A stretch of 64,000 nt of DNA from Lytechinus pictus (Eukaryota). This document shows, piece after piece, positions 51,201 through 62,410 of the stretch; position 1 is the first letter of the stretch; every line of letters starts with the position of its first letter. The position numbers and the translations under genes are program-made. The notes beneath the pieces are model-generated. The model did not search any database, was not told where the DNA came from, and was given only the letters and a program-made list of their open reading frames with translations. The stretch is taken from positions 2,110,001 to 2,174,000 of the forward strand of contig NC_087251.1 in NCBI RefSeq assembly GCF_037042905.1, written 5' to 3'.

Positions 51201-54200
51201 TAATAATCACCTGTTGGCTTTGTCTTTTTTTAAGCATGTGACTTATGTACATCTTGATCTACTGCAATTTCAATAAACCTATTTCAAAGACTCAAGAAAG
51301 AAGAGAGTATTCCTCATTTTCCTGGTTGATAAAAATACTATCAACGAAATATGGCCAATAGATGTGCGTTTTTTATGGAAAGATGTGAAATGTTAATTTT
51401 CAGCAAATATTGTGGAACTACTTTTTTTTTTTATTAGACCCTAAAAAAATACTTCAATTTTCTGGCAATTCTAAATTCACAATTCCCTTTTGTAAGAATA
51501 ATTTTTTTTTTAATCTTAAGAATTATTTGCTTTGTGAATTCATATGTAAGTGCTGATCCACTATATCAAGCTTGGAGTATATACATTGGATGTGCTTGTC
51601 CTAGTGTGTACAAAATACAATATGAAAAACATAAAATTGTTTAAACTTGACTACAAGATAATGGTTTCTCTTTCCATTGCCACTCTCAAATTTGTAAAGA
51701 AAGTTTGCATTCTGCCTCGTGCAACCAGGTACCTTTGAGACACAAAGAATTAAGAATTCAACATGTTAATTGAGATCATATATGATATTACTATCATTCA
51801 GAGAGGGATAGCATTGTTGATTGCCTTATTTGCCCTCATGCTCTTCTCAAACTGAGCCCAGAATAGTTCCTGACCATCCTCATCATCAGTCCACAACATG
51901 TAAGGTTTATTCTTACTCAAGAATAACCTGACAAGGTATGGCATGTTCTCATCCTCGATGTCCTCTACAAAGATCAGGATGATCTTGTCAAGTCCTGTAT
52001 CATTGATATGCTCTAGGGCCATGTGGAGCTTTGTCATAGTCCAGGCATCGTTGATTGACTCATTGCTTAGCAACAAGACTGTCTTGAAGCTATTGTCAAG
52101 AGCATCAAAGATTGCATTAATGTAGTACATACCTAGGTGGAGACCCTCATCTCCATATATGATGTTCTGTAGGTGTGGCATCCTCTCTTCTAGCCCAGGT
52201 TTCATAACCTGATCAACCCATTCCTGCTCAGATTCCTGGAACATGATGTTCAGATGGTGATAATAGTTGACGTCATTAAATTCTTCTGCCATTTCATTGT
52301 ACCCCACAATGGCGAGTTTGAGGAGGAAGAATTTATGATTTAACCACCATCGTTTAGTGTAGGCAAGAACAACAATCATACCAACCAGAACACCTGAGAA
52401 AGAGAGGACCACAATGGGAACAATATTGATACCACAGTGGTCATCTGGATGAAATGACAAGATTGGCTGATCAGAAAGACCCTTTAATGATGTCCCAGAG
52501 CACTTTGTTTGATTTGCGTGTTTCAACTCGATATTGTTGGATTCCAGCCACCTCCTAAACCATTGCAAAGAGCAAGAACATGTAATGGGATTCCTAGAAA
52601 GATCCAGATTGAAAGAAGTATTCATTGGAAATACAGTTCCTGGTTTGATGTTGGTGATTTGATTTCCAGCTAGATGGAGATCATGTAGTCTGGGTTTCTG
52701 GGCAAAAGTATTTGTATCCAGGTCATGGAGGGTGTTATCAGGGATACTAATCACAGTTAGATGATAAAGACCATTGAACATGTCTTCAGGAATCTTCTGT
52801 AGTTGGTTACCCCCAAGGAATAATAATTGGAGGGAGGAGAGAGGTTCGAATATTCCAGAGCTCAACACAATTATTTTGGAGTTGGACATATCAAGATAGT
52901 GAAGTTTAGATAGGTTCTGGAAAACTCTGCTTTCTATGTTCCAAAGATGATTGTTCTGAAGCCTCAGTAATCGTAAAGAGCAAAGCCCAGCAAATAACGA
53001 CTGATTTTTTTTTTTATCATATAAGTCAATGTCTCTTACTTGTGCCACCTCCATCCGCAGTTCCTGCAGTATTGTCAAGTTTCTGTATTGCTCAATTGAA
53101 TTTTCTGATACTTTGATAGGAGTATTTGACAAATCTAACACAAGCAATGAATTCAGGTTTGTGAAAGTTCCTTCTAAAAACGTTGACTTTTCATATTTGA
53201 GATATAGTCTTTCTAACTTAACAAGATCTTTAAATGCAGTAGTGGTATACACTGTGATCTGATTGTGAGATAAGTTTATTTCCTTCAGATTTATAAGGCC
53301 AATGAATATTTATTTGCCAATGATAGTGATAACATTAGAGGATATATCAAGTGAATGGAGAGTTCCAAGATTCCATGGTTGTCTTTTACTATTAAGATCT
53401 TTAATTGAGTTATGCATCAGATATACCTCCTGGATTGATGGCATGTCATTGAAGGAGTCTGGAAAGATGGCCTGTAAATGATTATTTGAAATGTTTAATT
53501 TTTTCAAACTGGGCATGCAAGCAAAGGTTTTTTGTGGCAAAGATGCTATTCTATTAACTGATATGTCAAGTTCCAGTAGTGATTGCAGCTGACAGAAAGA
53601 CTCTCTTGTTATGCGTGAGATTCTGTTTCTACCCAAGTGAAGAACTTTAAGCTTGGAAAATCCCCAAAATGAAGATGGAGGAACATTGGTTATAAAGTTT
53701 AATGACATGTCAAGATTTAAGATTGATGGATAATGTTCATATTTTTTATCATCAGGTGGTAGAAGCTGCCTGATCTTACCAGCTCTTACTGAAAGTTTGT
53801 CAATAAAGTCCATACCTGAAAATGGTTGAATATCAAAGGAGTTGAAGAAATTTGATTCAATTCTCATAGTTAGCACCGAGTTCAAATGACAAAAGACTCT
53901 CGCTGGTAACCTCTTTATCTTATTGTTACTCAGGAACAAGTATGATAAAGTCTTGTTTTGTAAGGGTAGAAAGTCCTTCTGCTGAAGTTCAACCACCTCA
54001 TTATTGGAAACATCAATTATAGACAGGGTAGACCATTCGGAGCAGGTATTAAAGTTGAGCCTTTGTATTCTGTTATGTTGTATTTGTATCTCTCTAAGTT
54101 TCGGTAGAACTGCAAGTGCATCACATGGAACATTGATGAGTTTATTATTATTCAGACGCACTTCTGTCAGATGAGTATTTTTTACAAAGAGAAGGGGAGA

Positions 54201-57200
54201 CAAGGTCACTAAGTTTCCATAGGACAATATGAGATTCCGTAGCTCTGTCAGTGGCCATAGTGCCTTACTCTCAATCAAGTACAGTGGATTCTTTTTCACA
54301 TTGAGAGTAACAAGATGAGGCACATGCTGGAAGGAATCATTCCAGAAAACTGTCAGATTATTAAAGGACAAGTCAAGAGCAGACACTTCTGTTGTCAAAT
54401 CCTTAGGAACATCACTTAGTCCTAGATGAGCACAGTTGGCAACAAGACCTTGACTTGAGTTCCTGAAACGGCATCCTGCAGAGTTGCTGTAAGATGTCAA
54501 ATCTGATGCTGCAGACTCTGATTGAGATAAATGTAAATGCATCAGATCTTGTCCACTGGTCATCAGTATAAGATGGAGGCAAATTACAATGTTTAGCATG
54601 CTGATCGCCATAGTCCAAGGCTCAGATATCACATCAATGATTGCTAAAATCCTATGATGAATTCAAAAAGATAGAAAGGGTTTGGAACCAGTCGGTATCT
54701 TCAGAATGTTTTCAGTTATGTAGAACCTCTGTACTAATCTTAGTCTGAGTATGACTCTGTTACAATCGATAGGATACACCTAGACAGTAGAATTAAGACT
54801 GAGCAGAGATTCAGAGCCATCTGCTCAGCAGTTTGCAAGAATATGACAGTTGTATTCCATCAGCATGTTATCCTGATCACTGATTTAAATATAAATTTAG
54901 ATTTCCATTTATAATTTTGTCATCTTGTAACTCTGCAGACTGAATGAATAATAATGCTCAGGTCTTTGTCAGGATCTTAAAGTAGACTTTATTTCTTCAT
55001 TCGCAAAGAAGGAAACTGATAACGCCTCAAAACTCATTAGCATGTGATGTGGAGTGCCTCTTATATGAATAACCCACTGATTAATGAAATCATTTATTGC
55101 AATTAAAGGCTCAGTATGGGGTATCACCCAGCTCCAGGTTTCAAGTTTTAATACCTCATCATTTATCTTTTATTCACTCTATGTGTTGAGTGCTAAGTTT
55201 CAATATTTAATTCCTTTATTGGTGCTTGTGATTCTGGAGGATGGGGAGAGGGAAGCTACATGTAGAATGTTTGCCTCCACCGTTCATAGGCGATTGCCGG
55301 GGGGGGGGCATTATATTATTGGCTCTTCTCTATCCATCATCCCCATTTTATTTCATCAGGATAATTTCAAAACCATTAAAAAAATGACAACTTTCAAAAT
55401 CAGTCATACTTGCTTAGGAATGAACAGGATATGGTTGTCAGAGTTCATTATACAGTACCTGAAAACTAACTGTTATATCAATTCTAGTATTTGCTCATAA
55501 TTGTATATGAGAGTGACCTTGTATTGGTCAGATATGGGGGTCACAGGATCAAAGATCAGAGGTCTATCAACAAGACAAATTGCTTTTTCTCTAGGTAAAC
55601 AAAGCAATGGTTTGCCAGACCGACTTCAAACTTGGTGCGTACTTTACACAAGCATTTTCTTTCAAAACAAGTTTGATGAATACCAAATGGCAGGAGATTA
55701 TTTACACTGATTAGGTAACTTTCTATGAAAAATGTGAATGCCCTTCTTTCAAAGTTTGAAGAGTGATTTTTTATGCCAAATAATAGTGATACAATCAATT
55801 TTCTACATTCTTCCCATTATATGTACTTCATCAATCATGTTATGGTTACAACCCCTTATGCTTATAGAACCTGTAAGTGACATATTTAAGCTGAAAAAGA
55901 ATTGATTCTGTACTGTTATAAAACAAAATTAAGGAGAATAATATTGTTTATATTGACCCAGCTCAGAAAAGAGAATGGATATTTCTGTGTATTTGACCAT
56001 TTTAACTACCTAATAGATGAAATGATTAATACTGATTTGGTTTTATTCTGTTATGTTTTCCTATCAGATTCTGCATTCTTGCTGAAAAGCGTGGAATGGA
56101 TACCTTTCTTTCATTTTTTTAACTACCTGATCAGTGAAAGACTTGATACTCACAGGGTTTTTGGTGTTAACTTCTAAAGATTGGTGTTTATAATGAACTG
56201 ATATCTACAGTGTCTTTTACTCATTAAAAACCTGATCCCTGAAAACTCGATACTCAATGGATTTTAATGTCTTTTATCAGGTTCTGTGACCTTACTCATA
56301 AGTGTGGAATGGCTATCTTCTGTGTCTTTGAGTGTCTTAACCCTAATTCTCCCGGGGGGGGGGGGGGGCCATTATGGCCCCCCCCCCTCGACAATTTTTG
56401 CGATATATCTGCTGTGCAAAATTTTTTGACCTCGCCGCTCACTGACTTTTTACTTTCAAGTCTCGCGCAAATTTTGAGACCAAATTTGTGACGCCCGGGT
56501 ACGCGGTTACGACATTACGCAACATTATGTAAGTGCATGTCAGACCCAAAATTGCTCATAAACGTGATTTCATGTACAAATCCAATGCAAATTGTGTATT
56601 TGGCCAAAATTCATAAATGTATCATTATTTCTACTTTTAATAATCAAACTTAATTAATTTTGCCTTGTTTATGATTACAATTGAGTCTGGAACGATTTCC
56701 ATTGAAAAAACAATAAAAAACAAAAAGTGAAAAAACAAAGAAATACATAAGAAATTTAAAAAACAATAAAATACATAAGAAATCGGTCTTGGGACCAGAA
56801 TTTTTTTCATTCACAATTGTTAGGAATGCTATAAAGAATATTTTCACCAAAAAATAGCATTCTATGAGCTTTATTTAGTGAATCAGAGCAAAAAGTATGA
56901 TTTCATGAATAAATTAGCATAATTAATTCATATAAAATAAAAATATATGAATTCAGTGAAATTTACCAATGCAACTGCGTAGATTACGTCATTCTCTACC
57001 ATCATGCAAATTTTCGTTGTGATCGCGCAATCCACGGCTGAGATCTTAAGGGGGGGCCATAATGCCCCCCCCCCCCCCCCCGGGAATGACAAGAATCAGA
57101 ATACCCCGGGAGATTGAGGGTTAACCACCTGATCCATGAGATCAAGATTTTTGTCAGACAAGTTGTCAAATGTTTCCTTGATGTTGATTGAAGCAGTGTT

Positions 57201-60200
57201 ACTATGCTTACTGTTGGATAAAATGGGACTTGAAAGATAAAACGTCAAACAACTCCTTTCATGAAATGCTCCCCAGATCCATGAGACTTGATACTTTCCT
57301 ATTAGATTCTGTGACCTTGCTCGTATGAGTGGTGGAATAGATTTTTCATTTGAAAGACCGTCTCTACTACCTAATCAAAGAAAGACTTAACACTCACTGT
57401 GTTTCTTATGTTTTTTATCAGGTTCTGTGACCTTGCCCATAAGAGTGGAATGGATATCTTCCGTGTCTTTGACTGTCTTAACTACCTACCAAACCTGATC
57501 CTTGGTATGGAAGCTGCAGGAGCTTCGGGTGGTGTAGTGGAAGCTGCTATCTCATACAGCGGAGATGTATCTGATCCATCTAGGACCAAATACACCTTGG
57601 ACTATTATACTGACCTAGCAACAGAGCTTGTTAAAGCTGGTACTCATATCCTCTGTATAAAGGTGAATGTTATATTAATACAATCATCTTTAACATAAGA
57701 GAAGTGGTTCTCAAAATTTATTTTCTATCTTTGACTTGTGGGTCTCAAGGTGTTGGACAATTATTTTTTTGATAGGGCCTATAATTTTAATAGAAAAAAT
57801 ATGTTTGTTGATAAGACCAAATATCCCACCATTTTTTAAAAGAATTCTTAGGTACCTTAGTTATCTAATTCAAGGTTCAAGTAGAGTGTCAAAGACATCA
57901 CTGACAGCATTGATGATTTATGTTCAAAATCCTCATTTATTTGTAATTTGATATTGCTTTGAATTGAAAACACATCTGTAAGTGCCTTCCATATCGTAGG
58001 CAGAATTTGACAGAGTTCTATCTAGAAATGTTCAATTACAATTTTTATTTGTTAGGATATGGCTGGTCTTCTGAAGCCCAAGGCTGCAACCATCCTAGTC
58101 TCTGAGCTACGAGATAGATTCCCTGACATGCCACTACACATCCATACACATGATACCTCTGGTGCAGGCGTGGCTGCTATGTTAGCCGCTGCTGAAGCAG
58201 GAGCTGATGTTGTAGATGTAGCAGTAGACTCGCTATCAGGGATGACATCACAACCTAGTATGGGAGCTGTTGTCGCAGCTCTTGAAAACACTGGCATGGA
58301 TACAGGTCAGTTAACATTATCCATCTTGCAAAATCTATCTGCACAATGGTTCTTCCCAGTCAGTGTCATTGAATTATCATCTTTAGCCATTTCTAGCTAC
58401 AAGAGGCTAATGATGTTTGATATAGAGAGACATTTTAAGAATGGTAGAGATGCCAAATACCCTGTTTGTTTGGACTGTTATCAACAAATTTGATGTTAAC
58501 TGTAGGGGTTTTTTTTGGGGGGGGAATATGTTGAAGATATCGATATTCAATATCTATTTGATGCTTACTTGAGTTACCATTCTACTGCATGTAATAGCAA
58601 AAGATTTCCCTCATTTCTCAGTGAATTTACCTTGAAATTGTTATCCTTGGTATTTGCAGTGATGGCACACAATTTATATCTAAGGCCAAACCACTCTCTT
58701 CTAATTAATAACCAAATCCATTCAATAGGGGCAAGAGTTCGGGAGGGGTTTAAATTTCAAAATTTATAACCTTATGGAATATTAATGTTTGATAGTAAAT
58801 TGTTATCTAGATCACAAATAAATATCTGCATCTGTGCATTTTATTTCTTGTTTACTTGATATTACATATTAGGTGTTGCACTGGAGGAAGTCTTCAAATA
58901 CAGTTCATATTGGGAAGTGGCACGTCAGCTGTATGCTCCATTTGAATGCACAGTCACTATGAAGAGTGGAAACGCTGATATCTATCGTAATGAGATCCCA
59001 GGAGGACAGTATACAAATCTTCAGTTCCAAGCATTCAGTCTTGGTCTAGGTAGCCAGTTTGATGAAGTCAAGAAGGCCTATGTTCAAGCCAATCAACTAC
59101 TTGGAGATCTTATCAAGGTCAGTTGGTCTACATTAGCATGTGTTTGTAAGAGCTTAGTTTGTAAGAAACCTTTGCCTAGGTTGTTCAATGACATTTGCTT
59201 CGGCGACAATTGCTCTGCTCTAAATTTCACATACTAATCGAACGATCATCTTAACACTTTACCGTACCCTAAACCTAACATAAAACCCTATTGAAACCCT
59301 GAACCTAGCCCTACATCTTAGAAGTAATTAAGTCCAGAGCAAACGTTTCAAGAGCAAATGTCGTGTCAGCGGTCTAGGTAGCCAGATTGATGAAGTGAAT
59401 AAGGCCTGTGTTCAAGCCAATCAACTACTTGGAGATCTTATCAAGGTCAGTAGGTCTATCTTAGATTGTGTTCATAAGAGGTTTGATTGTTAGAAACAGT
59501 GGTTTAGGTAGTCAGTTTGATGAAGTCAAGAAGGACTATGTAGTAGCAAAAAATCTACTAAGAAATCTCAATGACATTAGGTCACGAGGAAAACATGATT
59601 AGATTGACTTTGTGACAGATCATCTTTGTTTGGGTACAATTCTCCACTTTCATTCATACTTAACTTCCTACTTTGAGTTTGTTGAGAAAGTAAATTCATT
59701 AATAGAAATTTACTTCAATACTATAAGCCTTAAGTTCATATTTTAGATGAGAACTTTATTTCTATTATACATGATATACTGCAGTTTTATTCCTATGTTC
59801 AAACTTGAGATTTTTTGTTCATGTAGAATTTTATCACAAATGTTTTCCCCATGTATTTTTATTCAGGTAACACCATCATCTAAGGTAGTAGGAGACCTTG
59901 CTCAGTTCATGGTACAGAATAAACTCACTCCAGAGCAGGTAGAAGAGAAGGCTGATGAACTCTCCTTTCCTAAGTCTGTTGTGGAGTTCTTGCAGGGTCA
60001 TATTGGACAACCATATGGGGGTTTTCCTGAACCTCTCAGGTCTAAGGTAGATATCATTCCAATAGATATTAGGATTGGCACTGTTTTGTGTTGTTGTTGT
60101 TTTTTTTCAATCCAAAGATAATGTAAATATGTCAATTGTTCATCACAATAAGTGGTTGTTACAAAATTTCCTAGTTTCATTGTTTACACTCAGCGACGTT

Positions 60201-61918
60201 GAGAGAATTCAAGAAAAGTATGAAGTTAAATGCCCATCGAATGACAATGATAACCAAAATAGTTGTTTTGTCAGAGATTAATGGCAAAAAGCATATATTT
60301 GCTATTTGGCATTTTTTTATAACCTAGGAATTTTAGTATAAATATTTTGTACCTTTAAATGCACTGAAATAGCCAATAGATGGTGGAATTTAATTTTTCT
60401 TTCTTTAATTTGTTTCCAAGGTAACAAAGGGACTTGCTACTGTAGATGGGAGACCAGGAGAATCTCTTCCATCTCTTGACTTTGATGCTCTGAAGGCTGA
60501 ACTCATTGCTCAGCATGGGAAATGGATACGAGATAGTGATGTCGTTAGTTCTGCCCTCTATCCTAAAGTCTTTGAAGATTTTGCCAACTTCAAGAAAGAC
60601 TTTGGACCAGTGAACACTCTTGATACCAAGATATTCTTGGTTGGTCCTAACATTGCAGAGGAATTCAATGTAAGTTTTAGTGAATTACATGAAATTGAAT
60701 TACATAGTACAGGCGAGATCAAATAAATAGGTTTTTTTTTCTCTCTTGCAGGCGAGACTGTCAGACTGTTCCACTTGTTCTAGATATCTGATATTGCTGT
60801 TTGCTTTTTTTAACTGTATAGGTAGAGATCGAGAAAGGCAAGACACTTCACATTACCCTCCTAGCCATGGGTGATCTCAACAAGAAGACTGGAGAGAGGG
60901 AAGTCTTCTTTGAACTCAACGGTCAACTCAGATCAGTTCTCATAAAAGATAATGCTGCTATGAAGGTAATTACAATGCTTAAAGGCCAATTAAAACCCAA
61001 TGAAATGATTTGAACAGAAAGAGAAAAATCAAACAAAATTTCATCAAAATTGGAAGTAAAATATAAAATTTGTGGCATTTTAAAGTTACAACTCTTTTCA
61101 TAAATATTTATATGAGCATCCTGGTCAGTTTGCAAATAATGCAGCTGATGATGTCAAACTTTGTGCCCTAAGTAGAAATATTATAGTTTAGTATTACATG
61201 CTATTAATATGGGTACAAAAATAATGCCATTCAAAATACACTTTAAAAACATTATCAAGTATTTTAAAGAAGGGATGTAGCAAGAAATAACATTGAGGAT
61301 GTAAGATATATGTGCTAAATCATGTTAAAGTTAGTTCATTTTACATATAGAGATAAAATTATCTGATAAGAATTCTCCTGCCATATTGGACTAATGCTCT
61401 GTAGTAGACAAAGGCAGATATTTTCTTGCATAGATTATCTTCTGTGGTGTTAAAATTTATTGAATAATCAATAGTGAAGCTTAAGAGCATAATAATTCAC
61501 ACTACTGAGTGGCTTCCTTTTCTTTGACATTCCAAAATGCACTTTTTCTGTTTTGAATCCATTTCTTGTTTATTTATTTAGTTATAAACATTTGAGTGTA
61601 GAGCATATGTACAGGTATTTGTGCATTGATATGATTTGTGAACTTACATAATTGTACACTTGTACACAGGAATTACACGTCCATCCTAAGGCTGTGAAGT
61701 CAGTGAAGGGATCGGTAGGTGCCCCCATGCCAGGAGAGGTGATTGATGTCCGGGTTCAAACCGGTGATAAGGTAGAGAAGGGTGCACCATTGATTGTACT
61801 AAGTGCAATGAAGATGGAGATGGTTGTCAGTGCACCTATGTCAGGAGTGGTCAAATCTATATCGGTCAAGAAAGGAACACCTGTAGATGGAGATGACCTT
61901 CTGGTGGACATTGAGTAA
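33075..61918 (+). CDS. PC: Pyruvate carboxylase, mitochondrial (18 coding exons, 3618 nt, about 1205 aa)
   Basis: Ordered motifs [85 protein letters not shown] and biotinyl AMKM; all introns GT-AG and phase-consistent; Arg-rich N-terminal presequence. Confidence 0.97.
33844..34028 (+). CDS. PC: PC exon 2
   Basis: [11 protein letters not shown]...IRIAK. Confidence 0.95.
34462..35224. mobile_element. piggyBac-like MITE in PC intron 2
   Basis: TIR ccctaaa.agactggg / cccagtctatttaggg; flanks ttga and ttaa; interior similar to 56341-57120. Confidence 0.8.
37315..37480 (+). CDS. PC: PC exon 3
   Basis: [16 protein letters not shown]...MGDKVEAR (absent from the ORF track). Confidence 0.95.
37737..38402 (+). 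mobile_element. HINE/Helentron-like non-autonomous element with three ~156-bp tandem repeats
   Basis: T-run, 5' subterminal gtctcgcccac, nearby inverted ggcgagac, tandem units from about 37804, 37961 and 38116, 3' subterminal gtgggcgagac followed by a small hairpin. Confidence 0.7.
38909..39054 (+). CDS. PC: PC exon 4
   Basis: GVPVVPGT...[10 protein letters not shown]. Confidence 0.95.
39334..39451 (+). CDS. PC: PC exon 5
   Basis: [18 protein letters not shown]...PRHIEVQVL. Confidence 0.95.
39989..40259 (+). CDS. PC: PC exon 6
   Basis: [23 protein letters not shown]...TEEITG. Confidence 0.95.
40638..41296 (+). mobile_element. HINE/Helentron-like element, same family as 1-528
   Basis: ttttgtctcgcctgc at the 5' end, internal ggtcacatga..aaggtcaa repeats, 3' gcagtcgagac...ttccacttgtt; lone 3' end at 60748-60779. 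Confidence 0.65.
41347..41509 (+). CDS. PC: PC exon 7
   Basis: VDLVQSQI...FQPDTGRIE. Confidence 0.95.
41960..42960 (-). mobile_element. 5'-truncated non-LTR retrotransposon with restriction-like endonuclease (HERO/NeSL/R2-type group)
   Basis: [16 protein letters not shown]...[14 protein letters not shown] and upstream IDFVKKG...L...FPQH; frame is broken. Confidence 0.75.
43123..43305 (+). CDS. PC: PC exon 8
   Basis: [11 protein letters not shown]...RIRGVK. Confidence 0.95.
43900..44137 (+). CDS. PC: PC exon 9
   Basis: [10 protein letters not shown]...QNRAQKLL...EVPF. Confidence 0.95.
45870..46560 (-). mobile_element. Highly decayed LINE (CR1/L2-like) reverse-transcriptase remnant
   Basis: Minus-strand fragments resembling D.RILLKKL and WL.DN.L....KT RT motifs, with multiple frameshifts. 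Confidence 0.4.
47505..47716. mobile_element. Penelope-like pseudo-LTR insertion: 151-bp palindrome plus ~60-bp tail, 13-bp TSD
   Basis: Arms 47505-47578 and 47582-47655 with one mismatch; tagatttttagta at 47496-47508 and 47717-47729. Confidence 0.75.
47544..47583 (-). ncRNA. Minimal type I hammerhead ribozyme
   Basis: Minus strand AGUCG-CUGAUGA-GCC(UUAG)GGU-GAAA-CAGUCU-GUA/CGACU: full catalytic core, 5-bp stem I, 3-bp stem II, near-palindromic stem III. Confidence 0.75.
48895..49119 (+). CDS. PC: PC exon 10
   Basis: [12 protein letters not shown]...[11 protein letters not shown]...ENWG. Confidence 0.95.
49516..49672 (+). CDS. PC: PC exon 11
   Basis: [19 protein letters not shown]...YPDNVVY. 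Confidence 0.95.
51798..54611 (-). pseudogene. Intronless Toll-like receptor (signal, LRRNT, LRRs, LRRCT, TM, TIR) with one in-frame premature TAA at 53312-53310
   Basis: ORFs 53310-54632 and 51798-53252 share a frame, linked by [19 protein letters not shown]; about 20 or more LxxLxLxxN repeats, [39 protein letters not shown] ending LFWAQF. Confidence 0.9.
55950..57421 (+). repeat. About five decayed tandem copies (~110-120 bp) of the PC intron 11/exon 12 boundary
   Basis: Recurring tatcag|.ttctgtgacctt...gtggaatgg...ttaactacct..tc...gacttgatactca. Confidence 0.8.
56341..57120. mobile_element. piggyBac-like MITE inserted in a pseudo-exon copy
   Basis: TTAA TSD at 56337-56340 and 57121-57124; TIR ccctaattctcccgggg / ccccgggagattgaggg. 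Confidence 0.85.
57422..57662 (+). CDS. PC: PC exon 12
   Basis: [17 protein letters not shown]...THILCIK. Confidence 0.95.
58056..58305 (+). CDS. PC: PC exon 13
   Basis: DMAGLLKP...HIHTHDTSG...SQPSMGA. Confidence 0.95.
58873..59117 (+). CDS. PC: PC exon 14
   Basis: [12 protein letters not shown]...[10 protein letters not shown]...GDLIK. Confidence 0.95.
59180..59370. mobile_element. Small MITE-like repeat with acccta-type internal motifs
   Basis: gacatttgct near the start and agcaaatgtc near the end (inverted); internal accctaaacctaac. Confidence 0.5.
59371..59585 (+). repeat. Two decayed copies of the PC exon 14 3' end and donor site
   Basis: ggtctaggtagccag.ttgatgaagt...gttcaagccaatcaactacttggagatcttatcaag|gtcagt matches 59043-59123; a weaker copy starts at 59501. 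Confidence 0.85.
59867..60046 (+). CDS. PC: PC exon 15
   Basis: [18 protein letters not shown]...GFPEPLRSK. Confidence 0.95.
60421..60669 (+). CDS. PC: PC exon 16
   Basis: GRPGESLP...SALYPKVF...FGPV...LVGP. Confidence 0.93.
60822..60965 (+). CDS. PC: PC exon 17
   Basis: [11 protein letters not shown]...[14 protein letters not shown]. Confidence 0.95.
61670..61918 (+). CDS. PC: PC exon 18 (biotin carrier domain, stop)
   Basis: GAPMPG...SAMKMEM...DIE*. Confidence 0.95.
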   Translation, partial: ELHVHPKAVKSVKGSVGAPMPGEVIDVRVQTGDKVEKGAPLIVLSAMKMEMVVSAPMSGVVKSISVKKGTPVDGDDLLVDIE

Positions 61919-62410
61919 TGATGAGGTTTCTTCAGAACTCCCTGGTGAGTAGGATGGTGATGGTAAATTCAATACGAACATTGAGATAAGAACTGGAATT
62001 TATCGGATATTACAAGAAGTACTTGACCCAGATGTTAAGGCTGTATTCTGCACTCTGTTACGCAATGATTTGCAATCAATTGATATCAAACAACAACCAA
62101 TTAAAATCATTGTTACATGTGCATTTTTTCAAATTCTGATCAGGAACCAATAAGGAGTGTTCTATATAATTAAAATCAATAGCAAAATTTTGTTATGCGA
62201 AACAGGTTTCCTAACATCACATTGATTATGACGGACATTGAAATGGTATTATTTACTGGTGTTATACTACAATGAGTAGAATCATGTTACTATGAAAGTC
62301 TAGAAGACATTATCAAAGCCAAATTGTGCTAAGTGCCATCATTAACTCATGTCAAATTAATTGCAGTTGAGCGTCTGTTCAAAAATGTATTATTGCTTCT
62401 CAGTCATATA

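Noticed and set aside
53310..54632. Two separate genes (LRR protein plus short TLR) or an intron between the two ORFs
   Set aside because: The 57-nt gap is in frame and encodes a normal LRR; a single stop codon explains it
56267..56491. Alternative (mutually exclusive) PC exon 12
   Set aside because: Only ~20 codons are homologous, conserved residues are altered, and a MITE interrupts it with no matching donor
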